Assembly (NCBI GenBank): GCA_965235115.1
Contig: OZ249436.1
Location: forward strand, 29,018,001-29,082,000
From: Laetmonice hystrix
Lineage: Eukaryota
Length of the DNA stretch: 64,000 nt
Reading direction: 5' to 3'
This document shows, piece by piece, positions 61,951-64,000 of this stretch. The position numbers and the translations under genes were made by a program. How positions within the stretch are numbered: position 1 is the stretch's first letter; every line of letters starts with the position of its first letter. The notes under the pieces are model-generated. The model was not told the DNA's origin, ran no database searches, and worked only from the letters and a program-made list of their open reading frames with translations.

Positions 61951-63639
61951 ATCTTCCTATCCTGTATGCTGGTCTGCTGTGCTCATCCTTTATTTATATA
62001 ATATACAATCGAAGTCCAGTCAAAGTCCAGTCATTCTTGTGTTTGCACTCTACCCGTCAGTGTTGACTATTCCTATTTCATGGTAATGCAGGGTGTACAA
62101 TAATACTTCTCAGAAGTGGAACTTAGGAGGGAGCTGTAATAGTATTCCGATTACCGATTACCCAGTGCATACCGATAACCGGACATTGATCTATCACTGT
62201 CGACGTTATACATGTATAGGCCATATTGTATGTGTATGTATAGCTTTCTTGGTGAAAAAAAAATTCCACTTGCATAACTTGTTTCACTTCATATAAAAAG
62301 TAAACAGCCAGCAGGTTTATGTAAGTGGACAATTTGGAGAAAATTATGAAGTCTGGCGCAAGAAATATGACTACAGCAATAAGATGCGTAGGCTAAGTTT
62401 GATCCTAAAAAACAAGTTTTATAAATTATGTCCATGCGCGTATATTATTGTGGACGCCAGATCTACATAAAGTGTAACGGTCAACTCGAAGTGTAGGCCT
62501 ATGGGCAAAGTTTTCTTCTAGTGAATCGCCAGTGAATACTGTATATGACAATAAACATGAGAAAGAAAAAATGTGCGTTTAGACCTATTCCCCCCCCCCC
62601 CCCCAATAATTCCTTGTTTAATCTGTATATATAGGCTTACACAGATCTTACACAGATAACTTACCTTTTCCCTCCAACAGGGAAAGCTGGCAGTAAGGAA
62701 AAGGTAACTTTTTGTCAGGTACCATGAGAATGAAAAACTGACTCGAGAGGGCGCGCGGGTTGATCCTATGAGATCTCACAGAGTCCGTAAGATAGGCCTA
62801 CCCTTAATCGATCTCTGTAAGTGTAGGTGTAACCATTGACCTGAAAACGGTTCACCCGCCGGATGATTATATCCCTGATCATGGCTGATGATAGATCTAA
62901 TGACTATAGTATAGGGCTAGGCCTAATCAATTAAAGGACCTAATATTAATGTGTCCGTTTTTATTAAAATGCTGATTCTGGAGTTTATCTTTTTAGTGTC
63001 TGCAGCACTATCAACCTTGGGTCTAAGGTGGCATGGAGGCCACAGGCATACATTGACCGATAGGTGGCGCCATGAGACAGCAGTGCCTTCTTGCGGCGGA
63101 GAGTGGTGTGCTGAGACACGACTGGCCTGGAACGGGAGGCAAAGGGAAGCAGCACCTGAGCAAGGTCGTACAAGCCAGCAACGATCACCGTGATCGGTGA
63201 TCCATTTCGTAACAGACGGATATATCTGTGGTATCACTCACACTCAGGTATGATCCCTGAAACTTTCCAACAGAATTCATGATTGCCCCAGTAGATCTAT
63301 CTCTAACGTTCTGACCAACGATATCATAGTAAAGTCTCTAAATATCGCTCAGCGCGCATGCAGCCACACTCACTTGCAAAGTTGATCCAACTTGAAGTTG
63401 ATGGGGTTTGCAAGGGTTCCATGATCTATTTCTAGGGTCTCTATATTCAAGCCTCATGCAAGGGTGTGTGGGTGTGTGTGTGTGTGTGGGGGGGGGGGGT
63501 CCGTTGTAAAAAAGGGTGCCCCGGTACTTCTGGTTGTAAATATAACAGGCATTTTGGTTGTAAAAAGGGAACTTAGGGAAATTCTTCTTTTTTTTGGGGG
63601 GGGGGGGGGGGGGTCCGGACATCGCCGACCCTCCTTGAT

Positions 63640-64000
63640 GAATTATAGTCGATTCGCCCCAGGTCGGTTTCGACCCGGGACGGTTTCGCCCCACAACCTA
63701 GTCGATTCGCCCCACCCCTAGTCGTTTCGCCCCACTCTCGAAGTCGTTTCGCCCCATCTATGATCTCGAAGTTAATTTGCTTCAACCTAAGTTCTTTAAC
63801 CACACTGGAGCTTTTAATAGTTAATTGGTAGGCCATTACTAATACTGTCTCGTCTCGATGGGCCTTCGCCACCACCGGGCCTCGGAGGGGAGAAGCGGGC
63901 CGGGCGGGGACGGCTGGCACCCGTTCGAAGGGTCGGGCGTCAGTGTCGGAAGCGGGGACTGGGTGGACTGAGGCGGGCCGGTTGCCGGCGGGCGGGCGAG
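63640..64000. mobile_element. Left end of a probable DNA transposon running off the window
   Basis: Six copies of (GTC)G(A/T)TTCG(C/A)CCC in 63648-63755, then a very GC-rich stretch; it interrupts a G-run/GGGGTCCGGAC MITE-like repeat starting near 63448. Confidence 0.5.

Noticed and set aside
62951..63237. GC-richer patch with overlapping 67-104-aa ORFs
   Set aside because: No recognisable protein or convincing exon boundaries
63648..63755. Short direct repeats with variable spacers resembling a CRISPR array
   Set aside because: Repeats are ~13 bp with irregular short spacers, eukaryotic context, no cas genes; fits transposon subterminal repeats

Overview
Animal (invertebrate-type) genomic DNA, not prokaryotic; no rRNA, tRNA gene or CRISPR array is visible. 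The main gene is a complete plus-strand DENND4/Crag-family Rab GEF (MABP, uDENN, DENN, dDENN, PPR and C-terminal block). I traced it by hand through 29 coding exons from ATG 27276 to TAA 59048; splice phases are consistent and give about 2162 aa including one probable cassette exon. Upstream lies an intact minus-strand Ty3/Gypsy LTR retrotransposon (14273-22253) whose LTRs look identical. It is unusual in four ways: gag and pol are in one frame split by a single UAG followed by an 8-nt spacer and a GNRA hairpin (MLV-like readthrough); its ends extend 2 nt beyond TG..CA; it sits in a palindromic target with a CCTG duplication; and its integrase ends in a degenerate chromodomain-like segment. 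The first coding intron holds a 6.5-kb Helentron/DINE-1-like array (three bodies, two heads) that reads as an element inserted into itself. Many MITEs are scattered through the window, including CAGGG-ended ones with 6-bp TSDs, plus one V-SINE-like copy. All calls are from reading the sequence; no database searches were run.
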